A stretch of DNA of 64,000 bases, taken from contig CBDBGH010000003.1 of the NCBI GenBank assembly GCA_965205265.1, positions 4,640,001 to 4,704,000 on the forward strand, read 5' to 3'. This document shows positions 45,256-58,439 of this stretch, piece after piece. How positions within the stretch are numbered: position 1 is the stretch's first letter; each line of letters starts with the position of its first letter. The notes below the pieces were generated by a model that saw only the letters and a list, made by a program, of their open reading frames with translations, was not told the DNA's origin and did no database searches. The position numbers were made by a program, and so were the translations under genes. Source of the DNA: Alphaproteobacteria bacterium. Its GTDB lineage: Bacteria; Pseudomonadota; Alphaproteobacteria; Bin95.

Positions 45256-46180
45256 GTGGACTTCCGCCACCGGGACGATTTGCGGGCGGAGCCGCAGGTC
45301 GGCGCCGCGCCCCTGCTCTACGCCGCCCATTTCCGGGGCGGAACGCTGGTCTGGCCGAAGGCGATGCGCAAGCCGAACGCGATTCGCGTCTCGGAACGCA
45401 GCCGGAAATGGCTGTGGCCGAACCGCGGCAGCTACGTGGTGACCCGGCGGTTCACGGCCAAGGAAGAGCGGCGGCGCGTGGTGGCGTCGGTGTATGATTC
45501 GGACCTGCCGGGCGGGCTGGTCGGCTTCGAGAACCACCTCAATGTATTTCATGCCGGCCGCGAGGGCATGGAACGCGACCTGGCGCACGGTCTTGCGCTG
45601 TATCTGAACAGCAGTCTCGTCGACCGGTACTTCCGGCAGTTCAACGGCCACACCCAGGTCAACGCGGCAGATCTGCGGTCGCTGCGGTATCCGGATCGTG
45701 CGACGCTGGAGCGTCTGGGGCGTGCGCATGGGGACGGTGCGCCGCCGCAACGGGACATCGACGCAGCGATTGAACAGGAGGTCGCCGACATGGCGGAAGA
45801 CGGGAACCCGCTCGAAGCGCAGCAGAAGATCGAGGATGCGCTGGCGATCCTCACGGCGCTCGGCATGCCGCGCGGCCAGCGGAACGACCGCTCCGCGCTG
45901 ACCCTGCTCGCGCTCCTCGACCTCCGGCCGTCGGGTGCCTGGCAGGACCTGCGGCGGCCGCTGATGGGCATCGCGCCGATCATGGACTACACGCGCGAAC
46001 ACTATGGGCGGGAGTACGCGCCGAACACGCGCGAGACATTCCGCCGGCAGACCATGCACCAGTTCGTGGAAGCTGGGATTGCGGTCTACAACCCCGACGA
46101 TCCCGGGCGGCCGGTGAACAGCCCGAACGCCTGTTATCAGATCAGCGAAGAGGCGGTGCGCGTCATCGCCACCTGGGGCG
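45256..46180 (+). pseudogene. BsuBI/PstI-type type II R-M remnant: methyltransferase C-terminus fused in frame to restriction endonuclease N-terminus
   Basis: VDFR, RRFTAKEERRR, FENHLN, FRQFNGHTQVNA, then RSALTLLALL, YAPNTRETFRRQTMHQF, RPVNSP; truncated at both ends. Confidence 0.8.
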
Positions 46181-46261
46181 CCGATGGCCGCCAGCCGCGC
46201 GGAGGGCGCGTCGCCCCGCGCGCGGGCCCCTCCCGTGGACTACGGGGACAAGCTACCGCCG

Positions 46262-46319
46262 AGGCCCGTGGTGCATTTTTACTCCGCCGCTCTGGCGCAT
46301 AATCCCGCCGCCGTTGACA
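46262..46319. mobile_element. Isolated IS21-like terminal sequence
   Basis: GTGGTGCATTTTTACTCCGCCG...CATAATCCCGCCGCCGTTGACA (reverse complement TGTCAACGGCGG). Confidence 0.55.
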
Positions 46320-46683
46320 CGGGCGCCTTCCCGCCGCCGTCATCATGTGCACGAACCGCTTGTCCGCGCTCGATCCCGTCGTGCGGCGAAGGGCAGCAGA
46401 CATCCTGCCGTTTGGGCGACCGGACGATCATCAGCGCGGTGCCGTCCTCGGCCCGCCCCTAAAGGAACTCGGGCTTACCGAACAGCATGTGGACGCGCTC
46501 GTGGCGGCAACGGGTTCGCGCGATGGGCAAGCCTATGGTTTTACCTTTTCCGATCTGACGCAGCGGCTCCTGCCCGCGATCGTGCTGGATGCCTATCCGG
46601 GGCAGCCGGTCGGCGCAGCGCGGACGCTGGACCTTGCGAAGCAGATGACGCCTACGCCGCCGTTCAAGGATGGCAACTCATGA
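46320..46683 (+). pseudogene. C-terminal remnant of an AAA+ ATPase resembling type III CBASS Cap6/Trip13
   Basis: AVIMCTNRLSALDPVVRRRAADIL...YGFTFSDLTQRLLPAIVLDAYP...PTPPF; resemblance recalled from memory. Confidence 0.65.
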
Positions 46684-47859
46684 GCGCGACGGGTGGTACG
46701 GGAACCGGGATCGTCCGAGACGTCAGGTCGCTTCGAAAGCGGCCATTGACCGGCACGATACCCTGAAGGTAACCAGATTCGCCGCAGAAGACGCCGAATC
46801 GACCCGTGCTTCGGCGATCAGTGTTCGGAGTTCGAACGGAACACTGCATCGAGAGTTGGCGCATCAAGCACGGCATCGAGCCACCGGTCGAGCTGTTTGA
46901 GGTCGGCACTGGCAATGCGCGCCCGGGTAACATCGGGCAGGCGGCCGAAGCGGCGATCAAGCAGCCGAGCAAGCGTTTCGGACTTGCCTTCTGCCAGACC
47001 TGCGGTCTTTCCCTCGGCGATCCCTGCGGCCTTGCCCCGTGCTTCGCCCTGTTCGAGCCAGACCTGGGCTGCGGTTCCCATCAGTGCCTCCACTTCTTCG
47101 GGGTCAGTGCCGGCGCGCTTGAGCGCGGCCTCGATGCGCTCGGGCGACAGGCTGACCTGTTCAGCGATGTAAAGTAGCATGTAGCGTCCGAACTCGCTAT
47201 CGGAAATCGCCACCACCAGCGCGTCGGCCTCCGCCTCGGTGACATCGTCGGCGAAGGCCCGGGCCAGCGCGAGCAGGGCGCTGCGCACGGCCGCGTCTGT
47301 CGAGAGATCGTCCGGGTCCATGCGGGAGAGATCGTGCAGCGCGTAGGTTCCGAAGGCGCGGGCGAGATGGTCGAGACCCTCGGGGGCGTCGATCATCTCC
47401 GCGATCGAGAGCGGCACGGTCCACGGTTCGCGGCCGTTGAAGAAGACCATGGGGATGACCAGCGGCAGCCGCCCGGCGGGCAGGTTTCCACTCTCGATGT
47501 CCGCCATCCAGAGCCGCAGGACGTAGCGCATCAACTGAAGCGGCGTGCGGGCATCGGCTCGTGCCTTATGTTCTAATGCCGCAAAAATTTTAATGCCGCG
47601 TTTCCGGTATCAGCCCCTTGCTGCACTTGGGTTTCGGGTCCGGAAAACGCGGCATTAATCGGTGGCTTCACAGGGTACCCGTTCCGCTTGATTGCGGCGC
47701 GTCAATCAAGCTGAGACGTTTGCGTCAATCAGGATGAGACGGGGGAAGGCGGCGGCCTGGAACGCAGGGAGGGCGTAGCCCGACCGGAGTTCCGGGCCGC
47801 CGGCTCGAAAAATTTCCCCCGGGCCTTCTGGCGGCCAGGGCCGGCCGGGCGAACGGTGA

Positions 47860-50228
<2,369 letters not shown>

Positions 50229-50552
50229 GCCGCCGCCTGCTCAGGTAGAGCGGCCACGACAATCAGGGCCCGCGGGGATCGTCTCCGCGCGCCGTCTCTT
50301 CTCCGACCCGACGGCCTGCCGCGACAATCAAAACCATTCCCGAAAACACTGTTTGTCGCGCCGCGACAATCAAAACCGGAAACCGCTTGCAATCCACCCC
50401 CCGCGCGGCAATCATCAACTCGCCGCTGCCGCCGGGAATCTCATCCTGATTGACGCGCAGCTCTCACCCAGATTGTCGCGCCATACGCTTGATCGCACCC
50501 GGCTGGCTGCGACTGTGCTCTCCATGGGTCAACAGGCACATGGAGAGTTATC

Positions 50553-51809
50553 ATGCCATCAAAGACCAATCACGATGCTGCCGCCCGCCTTGGCGTGAGT
50601 TGGCTGACGCCGTTGCGGGCGTCGTTTCTGGCCGACCTGAAACGGCAGGGCTATGCGCCGGCGACCGTTCGGGATTACGCGACGTCGCTCAAACGGTTTC
50701 AGGAGGAGATCGAGGCCCGCTGGCTGGGTGCCAACGACCTGGACGCCGGAACCCTGAGGGATGTGGAGGACGCCATTCTGGCCTGTTCTTCTGCGGCTCC
50801 CCGGCGCCATCGACGTTTCCATCTCCGCCGATTCGTCACCCACTTGGCGGCCGAGGGGGTGATCGCCGCACCGCCGGTTCCGGAACCGCCTCCCGGTTGG
50901 CTTGAGGAACTGGGCCGGACCTACGGTGACTGGCTGTGCCGGCACCGGGGCCTGGTACCGTCCACGATCCGGTATCGCCGGTGGTTCCTGAAGCGGTTCC
51001 TGACGTTCTGCTTCGGGGGAAAATCCGGTGATCTCAATGGTATCGGCGCTGCCGACATCCGGGCGTTTCTTGACCTGCCGCCGGGTCGGCCCTCGACCGG
51101 ACCGGGCCTTGCCAGTCGGGCAGACAGCCTGCGCTGTCTGTTCCGGTTCCTGTTCGCCACCGGCCGGACTCACGCCGACCTGAACCTGTGCGTACCGAAG
51201 GTCGCAGCGCCGAGCATGCATGGAGCCGCCGTCGGCCATCTCTCGGCAGAAGACATTGCGGCCCTGGCCGAAGCCGTCCGTGGCGACACCGTGCGCGCAC
51301 GCCGCGACCTCGCGGTGCTGCTGCTGCTGGCCCGGCTCGGGCTGCGGTCGCAGGAGGTCACGGCGATCCGGCTGGCCGACATCAACTGGCCATCCGGAAC
51401 CCTTCTGGTGCGCGGCAAGGGCGACCAGCATGCCGTCATGCCGTTGCCCGTCGATGTCGGCGAGGCAGTTGTGGACTACCTCCTGAACGGCCGGGCCGGA
51501 TCGGAACAGCGTCTGTTTGTTTCGGTACGGGCGCCGTACCGGCCGTTCCGAGGTTCGAGCTTCATTCGCAGGATGCTCCAAGAGGCGTTCGCCAAGGCCG
51601 GCCTGGCGGTGCCGGAGGGCGGGGTTCGCTGCCATCTGCTGCGCCACAGTCTCGCCGCCCAGCTGCTGGACCGCGGTGCGTCGCTGGAGGAGACCGGCGA
51701 CGTGCTGCGCCACCGACTGGCGCGGACCACGACAATCTATGCCCGCTACGGCATCGGAGCCCTGCGGCCGTTGGCCCGGCCCTGGCCGGCACCGGGGGAG
51801 GACGACTGA
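50553..51809 (+). CDS. RIT tyrosine recombinase A
   Basis: LGLRSQEV, RGKG, HLLRHSLA, LRH, TTIYA. Confidence 0.92.
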   Translation: MPSKTNHDAAARLGVSWLTPLRASFLADLKRQGYAPATVRDYATSLKRFQEEIEARWLGANDLDAGTLRDVEDAILACSSAAPRRHRRFHLRRFVTHLAAEGVIAAPPVPEPPPGWLEELGRTYGDWLCRHRGLVPSTIRYRRWFLKRFLTFCFGGKSGDLNGIGAADIRAFLDLPPGRPSTGPGLASRADSLRCLFRFLFATGRTHADLNLCVPKVAAPSMHGAAVGHLSAEDIAALAEAVRGDTVRARRDLAVLLLLARLGLRSQEVTAIRLADINWPSGTLLVRGKGDQHAVMPLPVDVGEAVVDYLLNGRAGSEQRLFVSVRAPYRPFRGSSFIRRMLQEAFAKAGLAVPEGGVRCHLLRHSLAAQLLDRGASLEETGDVLRHRLARTTTIYARYGIGALRPLARPWPAPGEDD

Positions 51810-52759
51810 TGACCAGCTTCACGGATCGTCTCGACCAGTGCCTGGCGGAACGCCGCCGCTACGGTGGTAACTGGCTGTCCCAGGCCCGATCGGTCCGACC
51901 GTTCGCCGCCTTCGCCGACCGCCAGCGCGCGGACCGGATCACGACCGAGCTGTTCCTGCGCTGGAAGGAGGGGTACGGATCCGCCGGCCGGTCGACCTGG
52001 ACGGTGCGGCTGGCGGCCGTGCGCGTCTTCGCCACCTGGCTGAAGGGCATCGACCCGCGCACGGAAGTTCCGCCCCTGGGACTGGTCCCGGGCAGCTCCC
52101 GCCGGGCGCGGCCCTACATCTTCTCCGACACCGAGATCCGCAGCATCGTGGCCGAGGCGGATCGGCTGCCTTCCTGTACGGGACTGCGCGGACTGACGTA
52201 TTCCACGCTGTTCGGGTTGCTGGCCGTCACCGGCATGCGTATCGGCGAGGCCGTCGCGCTGGACGGGCGGGACATCGGTCTCGATGCGGGCCTGATCCGG
52301 GTTCGCCATGCCAAGGGCGGCCGCAGCCGCACGGTACCGATCACCGGATGTACGGCCGAGCGCCTGCGGGAGTACCGCGTCAGGATGACGGCCGTCCTCG
52401 GCCGCACCCCGGACGCCTGGTTCTGCGGCAGCATGGCCGGGAACCGGATGCTCCGGGGTACCGCGCAGCAGAACTTCGCCAAGGTCGGCCGCAGGCTCGG
52501 ACTGCGGCCGCCGCAGGTGAAGGGCCGCACCGTGCGCGGTCCGCACCTGCATGACCTGAGACACACCTATGCCACGAGGACGCTGCTCGACTGGTTTCGG
52601 CGGGGCCAGGACGTCGACGCCGAGATGTACAAGCTCAGCACCGTACTCGGCCACACGTGTCCCGGCGGCACCTACTGGTACATCGAGGCCGTACCGGAAC
52701 TGCTGGCCCTGGCCAGCGAACGCTCGGGAACCGCACCCGACCGGAGGGCCGGATCATGA
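51809..52759 (+). CDS. RIT tyrosine recombinase B
   Basis: TGMRIGEA, HDLRHTYA, LGH, TYWY. Confidence 0.92.
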   Translation: MTSFTDRLDQCLAERRRYGGNWLSQARSVRPFAAFADRQRADRITTELFLRWKEGYGSAGRSTWTVRLAAVRVFATWLKGIDPRTEVPPLGLVPGSSRRARPYIFSDTEIRSIVAEADRLPSCTGLRGLTYSTLFGLLAVTGMRIGEAVALDGRDIGLDAGLIRVRHAKGGRSRTVPITGCTAERLREYRVRMTAVLGRTPDAWFCGSMAGNRMLRGTAQQNFAKVGRRLGLRPPQVKGRTVRGPHLHDLRHTYATRTLLDWFRRGQDVDAEMYKLSTVLGHTCPGGTYWYIEAVPELLALASERSGTAPDRRAGS

Positions 52760-53751
52760 GCGGGCACCCATTGGCCCCGCATCTGGCAGACTTCTTCCAT
52801 CATCGCCTGAACGGGCAACTCAACGCCAGCGAACATACGGTGAAGAGCTACCGGGACGCCATGAAGCTACTGCTGACCTTCGCTCAGAAGCAGCTGGGCC
52901 GCGAGCCGATGCGGCTGGAAGTCGAGGACATCGATGCCGATCTCGTCTGCCGGTTTCTGGACCATCTCGAGACGGACCGGAAGAACAGCATCGCCAGCCG
53001 AAACATCCGGTTGGCCGCCATCCGCTCCTTTTTCACGCATGTCTCCCGCTGCGAGCCAGCCCTGCTCGATCACTGTCGGAAGGTGGGCTTGCTGCCCGGC
53101 AAGCGGCAGCGCAAGCCGACGGTCCAGCATCTCGACGAGGCCGAGATCCAGGCCCTGCTCGATGCCCCGAACCTCGATACCCGCACGGGCCGGCGGGACC
53201 GGGCGATCCTGCTGCTGCTGGTACAGACCGGACTGCGGGTCGGTGAGCTGATCAATCTTGACCTCGGCAACATCAGCCTCCAGGGTCAGGCCAGTGTCTT
53301 CTGCCTCGGCAAGGGACGCAGGGAACGCTCGACCCCGCTCCGGCAGGATACCGTGCAGGTGCTCAGCGAGTGGATGGAGGAACGGGCCGCCGGCGCCGGC
53401 GACCCGCTGTTCGTGAGCAACCGGAATCGGCGACTCAGCCCCGACAGTGTCCAGCAACTGGTGCGCCGGCATGTCGAACGGGCGGCCCGACAGTGCCCGT
53501 CACTATCGGCCAGGCGGATCACTCCGCACAGCTTGCGACACACCGCAGCCATGCAGCTTCTGCGTCATGGCCGGTCAATCACCGTTATCGCCTTGTGGTT
53601 GGGACACGAATCGACCATGACGACGATGAAATACCTGCATGCGGATCAGAGGATCAAGCAGGAGGCCATGGAACTGACGCGGCCAGCGGACGTCCCACCG
53701 GGGTGCTACCAGCCAACTGACGAGGTGATGGCCATGCTTAACGCCCTGTGA
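52756..53751 (+). CDS. RIT tyrosine recombinase C
   Basis: TGLRVGEL, GKGRRER, HSLRHTAAM, LWLGHES, KYLHAD. Confidence 0.92.
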   Translation: MSGHPLAPHLADFFHHRLNGQLNASEHTVKSYRDAMKLLLTFAQKQLGREPMRLEVEDIDADLVCRFLDHLETDRKNSIASRNIRLAAIRSFFTHVSRCEPALLDHCRKVGLLPGKRQRKPTVQHLDEAEIQALLDAPNLDTRTGRRDRAILLLLVQTGLRVGELINLDLGNISLQGQASVFCLGKGRRERSTPLRQDTVQVLSEWMEERAAGAGDPLFVSNRNRRLSPDSVQQLVRRHVERAARQCPSLSARRITPHSLRHTAAMQLLRHGRSITVIALWLGHESTMTTMKYLHADQRIKQEAMELTRPADVPPGCYQPTDEVMAMLNAL

Positions 53752-54164
53752 AGCCACCGATTAATGCCGCGTTTTCCGGACCCGAAACCCAAGTGCAGCA
53801 AGGGGCTGACACCGGAAACGCGGCATTAAAATTTTTGCGGCATTGGAACATTTATGCCGAATTCGGCATAAATGTTCCAATAATGCGTACACCGTGGCCG
53901 AGGCGCCGTCCTTCATCCGCACCCGGAAGATGGCGTCCGCCTGCGTGGCCCGGCCGTCGCCGTCGATGGCGGTGCCCTCGATGTGTTCGGGCGCATGGTC
54001 GGGGTCGAGCCGTTCGCGGACCTCGGGCGGCAGGTCGTCGCGAAGCAGGGCCGCGGCGCGTCCGGGATCGGAGACGAGCTGGCGGAACAGGGCGTCGTGC
54101 CGGGCCGGGGGCAGGGGCATGCGGGGTCTCCAGACGGTCTCAGGTTGCGGCGGCGACCTGTGCA

Positions 54165-55460
54165 CTACGGCAGAGAGTGCCCGTGACATGGCTCCCGGGC
54201 AACACGGGAATCGCCTGCGGTCGGTGCCGCCGGGGCCATCAGGGCCTCGATCCGGTCGGCGATCCGTTGGGCCGGCTCGCGCAACTGGGCGAGGGTCCAG
54301 TCGGCGGCATAGCCCTCGGTCACGTCGTTGGGCCGGGCATGGTTGACCAGTCGCTTGGTCAGCGAGGGCGGCAGCATCAGCTCGCGCTCGGCGACGGTGA
54401 TGAAGCAGTTGCGCAGCCCGTGAAACCAGAACTTCGCCCCGCCGGCCTTGCCGATGCGGGTGTAGAGATGGTGCGGATCCTGCACATGGCCGGTCGCGCT
54501 TGTGGGCGACGGGAACACCCACTCCCGAACCCAGTCGGGCAGGTCTGCGGACGCCGCCCGGCGCCGTTCGAGAATAGCCGCGAGCTGCCGGGTGACGGGA
54601 AGCTCCAGCGGAACGCCGGTCTTGGTCTCCTCGACCCGGAAGGCGAGGGCCTCGCTGTCGATCCGCTCCCAGCGCAGGGTCAACACCTCCTCGCGGCGCA
54701 TGCCGGTGTAGAGCCCGAACCAGAGCGCGTCGCGGATCGCCGGGTTGTGGACCTCGACCTCGATGCCCCGGCGCCAGCACGGCAGCACTTCCGAAGGCGC
54801 CGAGATCTTGCGCCGCGCCTTGCGGTGGAACTTGCCGCCGCCGGCAAGCCAGAGATCGACCGGATTGCGCAGTCCCTCCTGGTCGACGCAGGGCCGGCGA
54901 TAGATCGAGCGCAACAGCGACATCGCCCGGTTGGCCGGCGACCAGCCGTGGTCTGCGGTGATGCGGTTGAAGCGGGCCTCGACGTCCCGGCGGGCGATCA
55001 GGTCGAGGGGACGGGCGAGCCAGTCGCCGAGATAGCGGTTTGCCTCGTAGCGGTAGAGTTCGTCGGTGCGCTTCGACCGCTCGGGATTGGCCTTCATGTA
55101 GTCCTCGAAGGCCTCGCCGAGCGTGGGCATGCGGCGGGCCTCGGCGCGCTCCTCGGCCGGATCGTTGCCGCCGGCAACCTTGCCGAGGATCTCCTGCGCC
55201 TTCCTGCGCGCCTGGTCGACGGTGACCGCGCCGAAGCGGCCGAGCGAGACGCGCTTGTTGGGCGCCTTCCGGCCGCCGTCGCCGACGCGGTAGTTGACGA
55301 TGAAGGTCCGGGTGCCCGCCGGGTGGATGCGGACGCCGAAGCCGGTCAGCCGGTCGTCCCAGGCGATCCACGAGCGCTCGGCAGGCTGGAGCGTCTCCAC
55401 GGAGCGCTTGGTGAGTGTCGTGCGCACCCTGGCGGTGCGTTTTCCGGAAGTCGGTTGCAT
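54165..55460 (-). CDS. Tyrosine integrase with arm-binding (DUF4102-like) N-terminus, next to the tRNA-fMet att site
   Basis: WDDRLTGFGVRI, TGMRREE, TKTG, HGLRNCF, LVNH, TEGY. Confidence 0.9.
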   Translation of the reverse strand: MQPTSGKRTARVRTTLTKRSVETLQPAERSWIAWDDRLTGFGVRIHPAGTRTFIVNYRVGDGGRKAPNKRVSLGRFGAVTVDQARRKAQEILGKVAGGNDPAEERAEARRMPTLGEAFEDYMKANPERSKRTDELYRYEANRYLGDWLARPLDLIARRDVEARFNRITADHGWSPANRAMSLLRSIYRRPCVDQEGLRNPVDLWLAGGGKFHRKARRKISAPSEVLPCWRRGIEVEVHNPAIRDALWFGLYTGMRREEVLTLRWERIDSEALAFRVEETKTGVPLELPVTRQLAAILERRRAASADLPDWVREWVFPSPTSATGHVQDPHHLYTRIGKAGGAKFWFHGLRNCFITVAERELMLPPSLTKRLVNHARPNDVTEGYAADWTLAQLREPAQRIADRIEALMAPAAPTAGDSRVAREPCHGHSLP

Positions 55461-55640
55461 GGGGGGCATCGTGCCACCGCGCAAGCGAAACGTCAACACT
55501 TGCGTCAACACGCGGAATCAACTTCCAGCTGTCGCCATCTGTCAGGGGTCGCGGTTGACAAACCGCCAAAGGCATGCAATACCTTGGTTTATCATACTCC
55601 AGCGCACGTCAGGCGGCGTGATGCGCAAATCTCCGCGAGA

Positions 55641-55685
<45 letters not shown>

Positions 55686-57102
55686 CCGAGACCGACATTC
55701 CCGGCCTGGGCGTGTCGGTTTCTCCTTTCCCGGCCCATTCGAGGATGGTTCCGAGGTCGCCATGGAGTGCGGCGTGCATCTCGCCGCGCTTCGCGCCGGG
55801 GGTGAGCACGATGCGCTCGATCAGCCCCCGGATGGCGGTCGCCGCCGCGCCGCGGTCCTCGGGATGGTCCAGCGCCTCGGCGAGGCGCTCGACCTTGCGG
55901 CGGTAGACGAGGGCGATGTTGGGGTGGATGTCCGGGAGGTCGGCCGGAACGGCGGCGAGGCGTTCGTTCAACGCGTCCTGGCGCGCTTCCAGCTCGCGCA
56001 GCCGGTCCACCATGCCCCGGACATAGCCACCGTCCTCGATGACCGAGATCATGGCGGCGATCTTCCTCTCGATCTCGGCGAGTTCCTTGCGGTCGCTCGC
56101 GCCCGAGGCGCGGCGCTCGCGGTTGAGCCGGTTGGTCTCTTCGGCATATGCCTTCATCGCCTCGGCGGCGGCCTTCGGCGCCATCAGCCGGTCCTTCAGC
56201 CCGGCGAGGACGCGTTCCTCGATCTCTGCGCGGCGGATGCCCCGGCCGTTGGCGCAGGACCCCGTCATGACGTGGCTGGAGCAGCCGTAGCGGTCCTGGC
56301 CGCGCATGGAACAGGGGCCGCCGCAGACGCCGCATTCGAGCAGGCCCGAGAGCAGGTGCCGGGGCCGGTGGGCGCCGTTCAGCCGGTTGGAGCGCGCGCT
56401 TTGCGTGGCCGCGATGACGGTGGCGTATTGCACCGTGATTTCGCCCTGGCGGTCCTTCACCGCCTGCCACAGTTCGTCGTCGACGATGCGGAGCTCGGGA
56501 ACCTCGGCGACGATCCACTCCTCCGGCGGGTTGATGCGCGAGACCCGCCTGCCGGTCTCCGGGTTCTTCATGAAGCGCAGCCGGTTCCACACCAGCCGGC
56601 CGATATAGAGTTCGTTGTTGATGAGGCCGGTGCCGCGCTTCGCATGGCCCCGGACGGTGGAATCGGTCCACAGCCTGCCGGACGGGCCGGGGACGGCCTC
56701 GTCGTTCAGCCGCCGCGCGATCGCGCGCGGGCTCGCGCCGGAGGCGAACTCCCGGAAGATGCGCCGGACGATCTCCGCTTCCGCCTCGTTGATCCGCCGC
56801 TCGCCCCGGATCGGCTCGCCGGCGGCGTCGACCGCCTTCACCACATCGTAGCCGTAGCAGAGCCCGCCGCCCGACTTGCCGGCCTCCACGCGGCCCCGCA
56901 GGCCCCGATGCGTCTTCGCCGCGAGATCCTTCAGGAACAGCGCGTTCATCGTGCCCTTGAACCCGACATGGAGTTCGTCGATCTCGCCCTCCGCCAGCGT
57001 CACCACCGTCACCCCGGCGAAGCGCAGGTGCTTGTAGAGCGTCGCCACGTCCGCCTGGTCGCGGCTCACCCGGTCCAGCGCCTCCGCGACCACGACCTCG
57101 AA

Positions 57103-58439
57103 GGGCCTTACAAAGATGAGTTGACGGCGTCATGCCGCCAGCATCCCTGCGTTTTCACGGATCGCAGGGGTCCGCAAGCCGGAACGCCCCTCCCCGTGCA
57201 GCAGCGCCAGTCCCCGACGCCGGATGTTGCTGCCGGCATTCGCGTCGGCATGGTCCGCATGGCCGCAGGCCGTGCACTGGAATTCGGCCCGCGAACGCCG
57301 CGAGCCGGCATCGACATGGCCGCAGGCGGCGCAGGTCCGGCTGGTATGGGCCGGGTCGACCGCGAGCAGCCGTCCCGCCTTGTAGCCGAACATGAAGCGC
57401 AGTTCCGCCCATCCCGTGGCCAGGATGACGCGGTTGAGCCCGGCCTTCTGCCGGACCCGGGCGCCCGGCTCCTCTGTCGTGCCCCGGGCGCTGCGCGTCA
57501 TGTTCCGGACCCGGAGGTCCTCGACGGCGACGGTATGGGCGGCGTCGGCGACTGTCCGCGAGACATGGTGGCGCCAGTCGCACCGCATCCCGGAAAGGCG
57601 CCGCCTCGTCTTCGCCAGACGGGCGCGGGTGCGCTCCCGGCGCCCGGAGCCGCGCTTCTGGCGCGCCAGACGCCGGGCAAGGCGCTTCGCCCTCGCCTCC
57701 AGCCGCCGCGTATCCGGGGCATGGAACAGGCGGGCTTCCGGCCCCGGACCGCTCGCCGCCACCTGGCCAGCGTTCATGTCCACCCCGATGACGCTGTCGT
57801 CATCCTCGTGGACCGCCGGCGCCGGGACCCGGTAGCAGACCACGGCGTACCACTTGCCGGCCTCGCGCTTCAGCACCGCCGAGACCGGCTCGCCATCCCC
57901 ATGCGGGTTGCCGCCCCGCCGGCGGACCGCAAGCGGGCCGAAACCCGGAAGGCGCAGGCAGGCCGCGCCGGACCCGCAGTCCGCGCCGGGCCGGGCCCGG
58001 TCCTCCAGCCTCACCCCCGAGACGAAGGAGAGGCTGTCGAACCGCCGGCGGGACCGGAACCGGGGAAAACCCGGCTTCTGGCCCGCCTTCACCCGCCGGA
58101 AGAAGCCCTTCATCGCCTCGTCCAGGCGCTTCAGCGTCCCGCGCTGCACGGCGACCGGAACGGCCGCCATCTCGGGGTCCTCCCGGCGGCACACCGTCAG
58201 GCTCTTCGCCTGGTCGATATAGGAGAGCGACCGCCCGGCCAGACGCCAGGCGTCGCAGCGTTCCTGAAGGGCGGCGTTGTACAACTGCCGCTGCGCCTCC
58301 AGAACCCGCTCCAGACGCCGCCAAACGGACCGGCGGCCCGGCAGAAGCCGGAATACCACCTGACGGTGCGTGAAGACCTCGCTCATGCGGCCGAACTGGA
58401 TACGATACACGGCAATGTCAACTTACCTTTGTAAGCCCC
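57103..58439 (-). mobile_element. Non-autonomous TIR/TSD element carrying only tnpB
   Basis: 23-bp TIRs (20/23) at 57103-57125 and 58417-58439; 8-bp TSD ACCTCGAA at 57095-57102 and 58440-58447. Confidence 0.9.
57130..58386 (-). CDS. tnpB: RNA-guided endonuclease TnpB
   Basis: RQLYNAAL, GFPRFR, RuvC-I IGVDMN, RuvC-II VAVEDL, TSRTCAACG...CTACG, RuvC-III ADANAGSNI. Confidence 0.93.
   Translation of the reverse strand: MSEVFTHRQVVFRLLPGRRSVWRRLERVLEAQRQLYNAALQERCDAWRLAGRSLSYIDQAKSLTVCRREDPEMAAVPVAVQRGTLKRLDEAMKGFFRRVKAGQKPGFPRFRSRRRFDSLSFVSGVRLEDRARPGADCGSGAACLRLPGFGPLAVRRRGGNPHGDGEPVSAVLKREAGKWYAVVCYRVPAPAVHEDDDSVIGVDMNAGQVAASGPGPEARLFHAPDTRRLEARAKRLARRLARQKRGSGRRERTRARLAKTRRRLSGMRCDWRHHVSRTVADAAHTVAVEDLRVRNMTRSARGTTEEPGARVRQKAGLNRVILATGWAELRFMFGYKAGRLLAVDPAHTSRTCAACGHVDAGSRRSRAEFQCTACGHADHADANAGSNIRRRGLALLHGEGRSGLRTPAIRENAGMLAA

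Noticed and set aside
55762-58434. 890-aa plus ORF and similar long overlapping ORFs (41759-43807, 53748-55652, 37692-39671, 8191-10530)
   Set aside because: Antisense shadows of well-supported genes in high-GC DNA.
57103-58439. IStron or self-splicing intron restoring the recombinase
   Set aside because: Only about 30 nt of non-coding sequence lie upstream of tnpB, leaving no room for a group I intron core.
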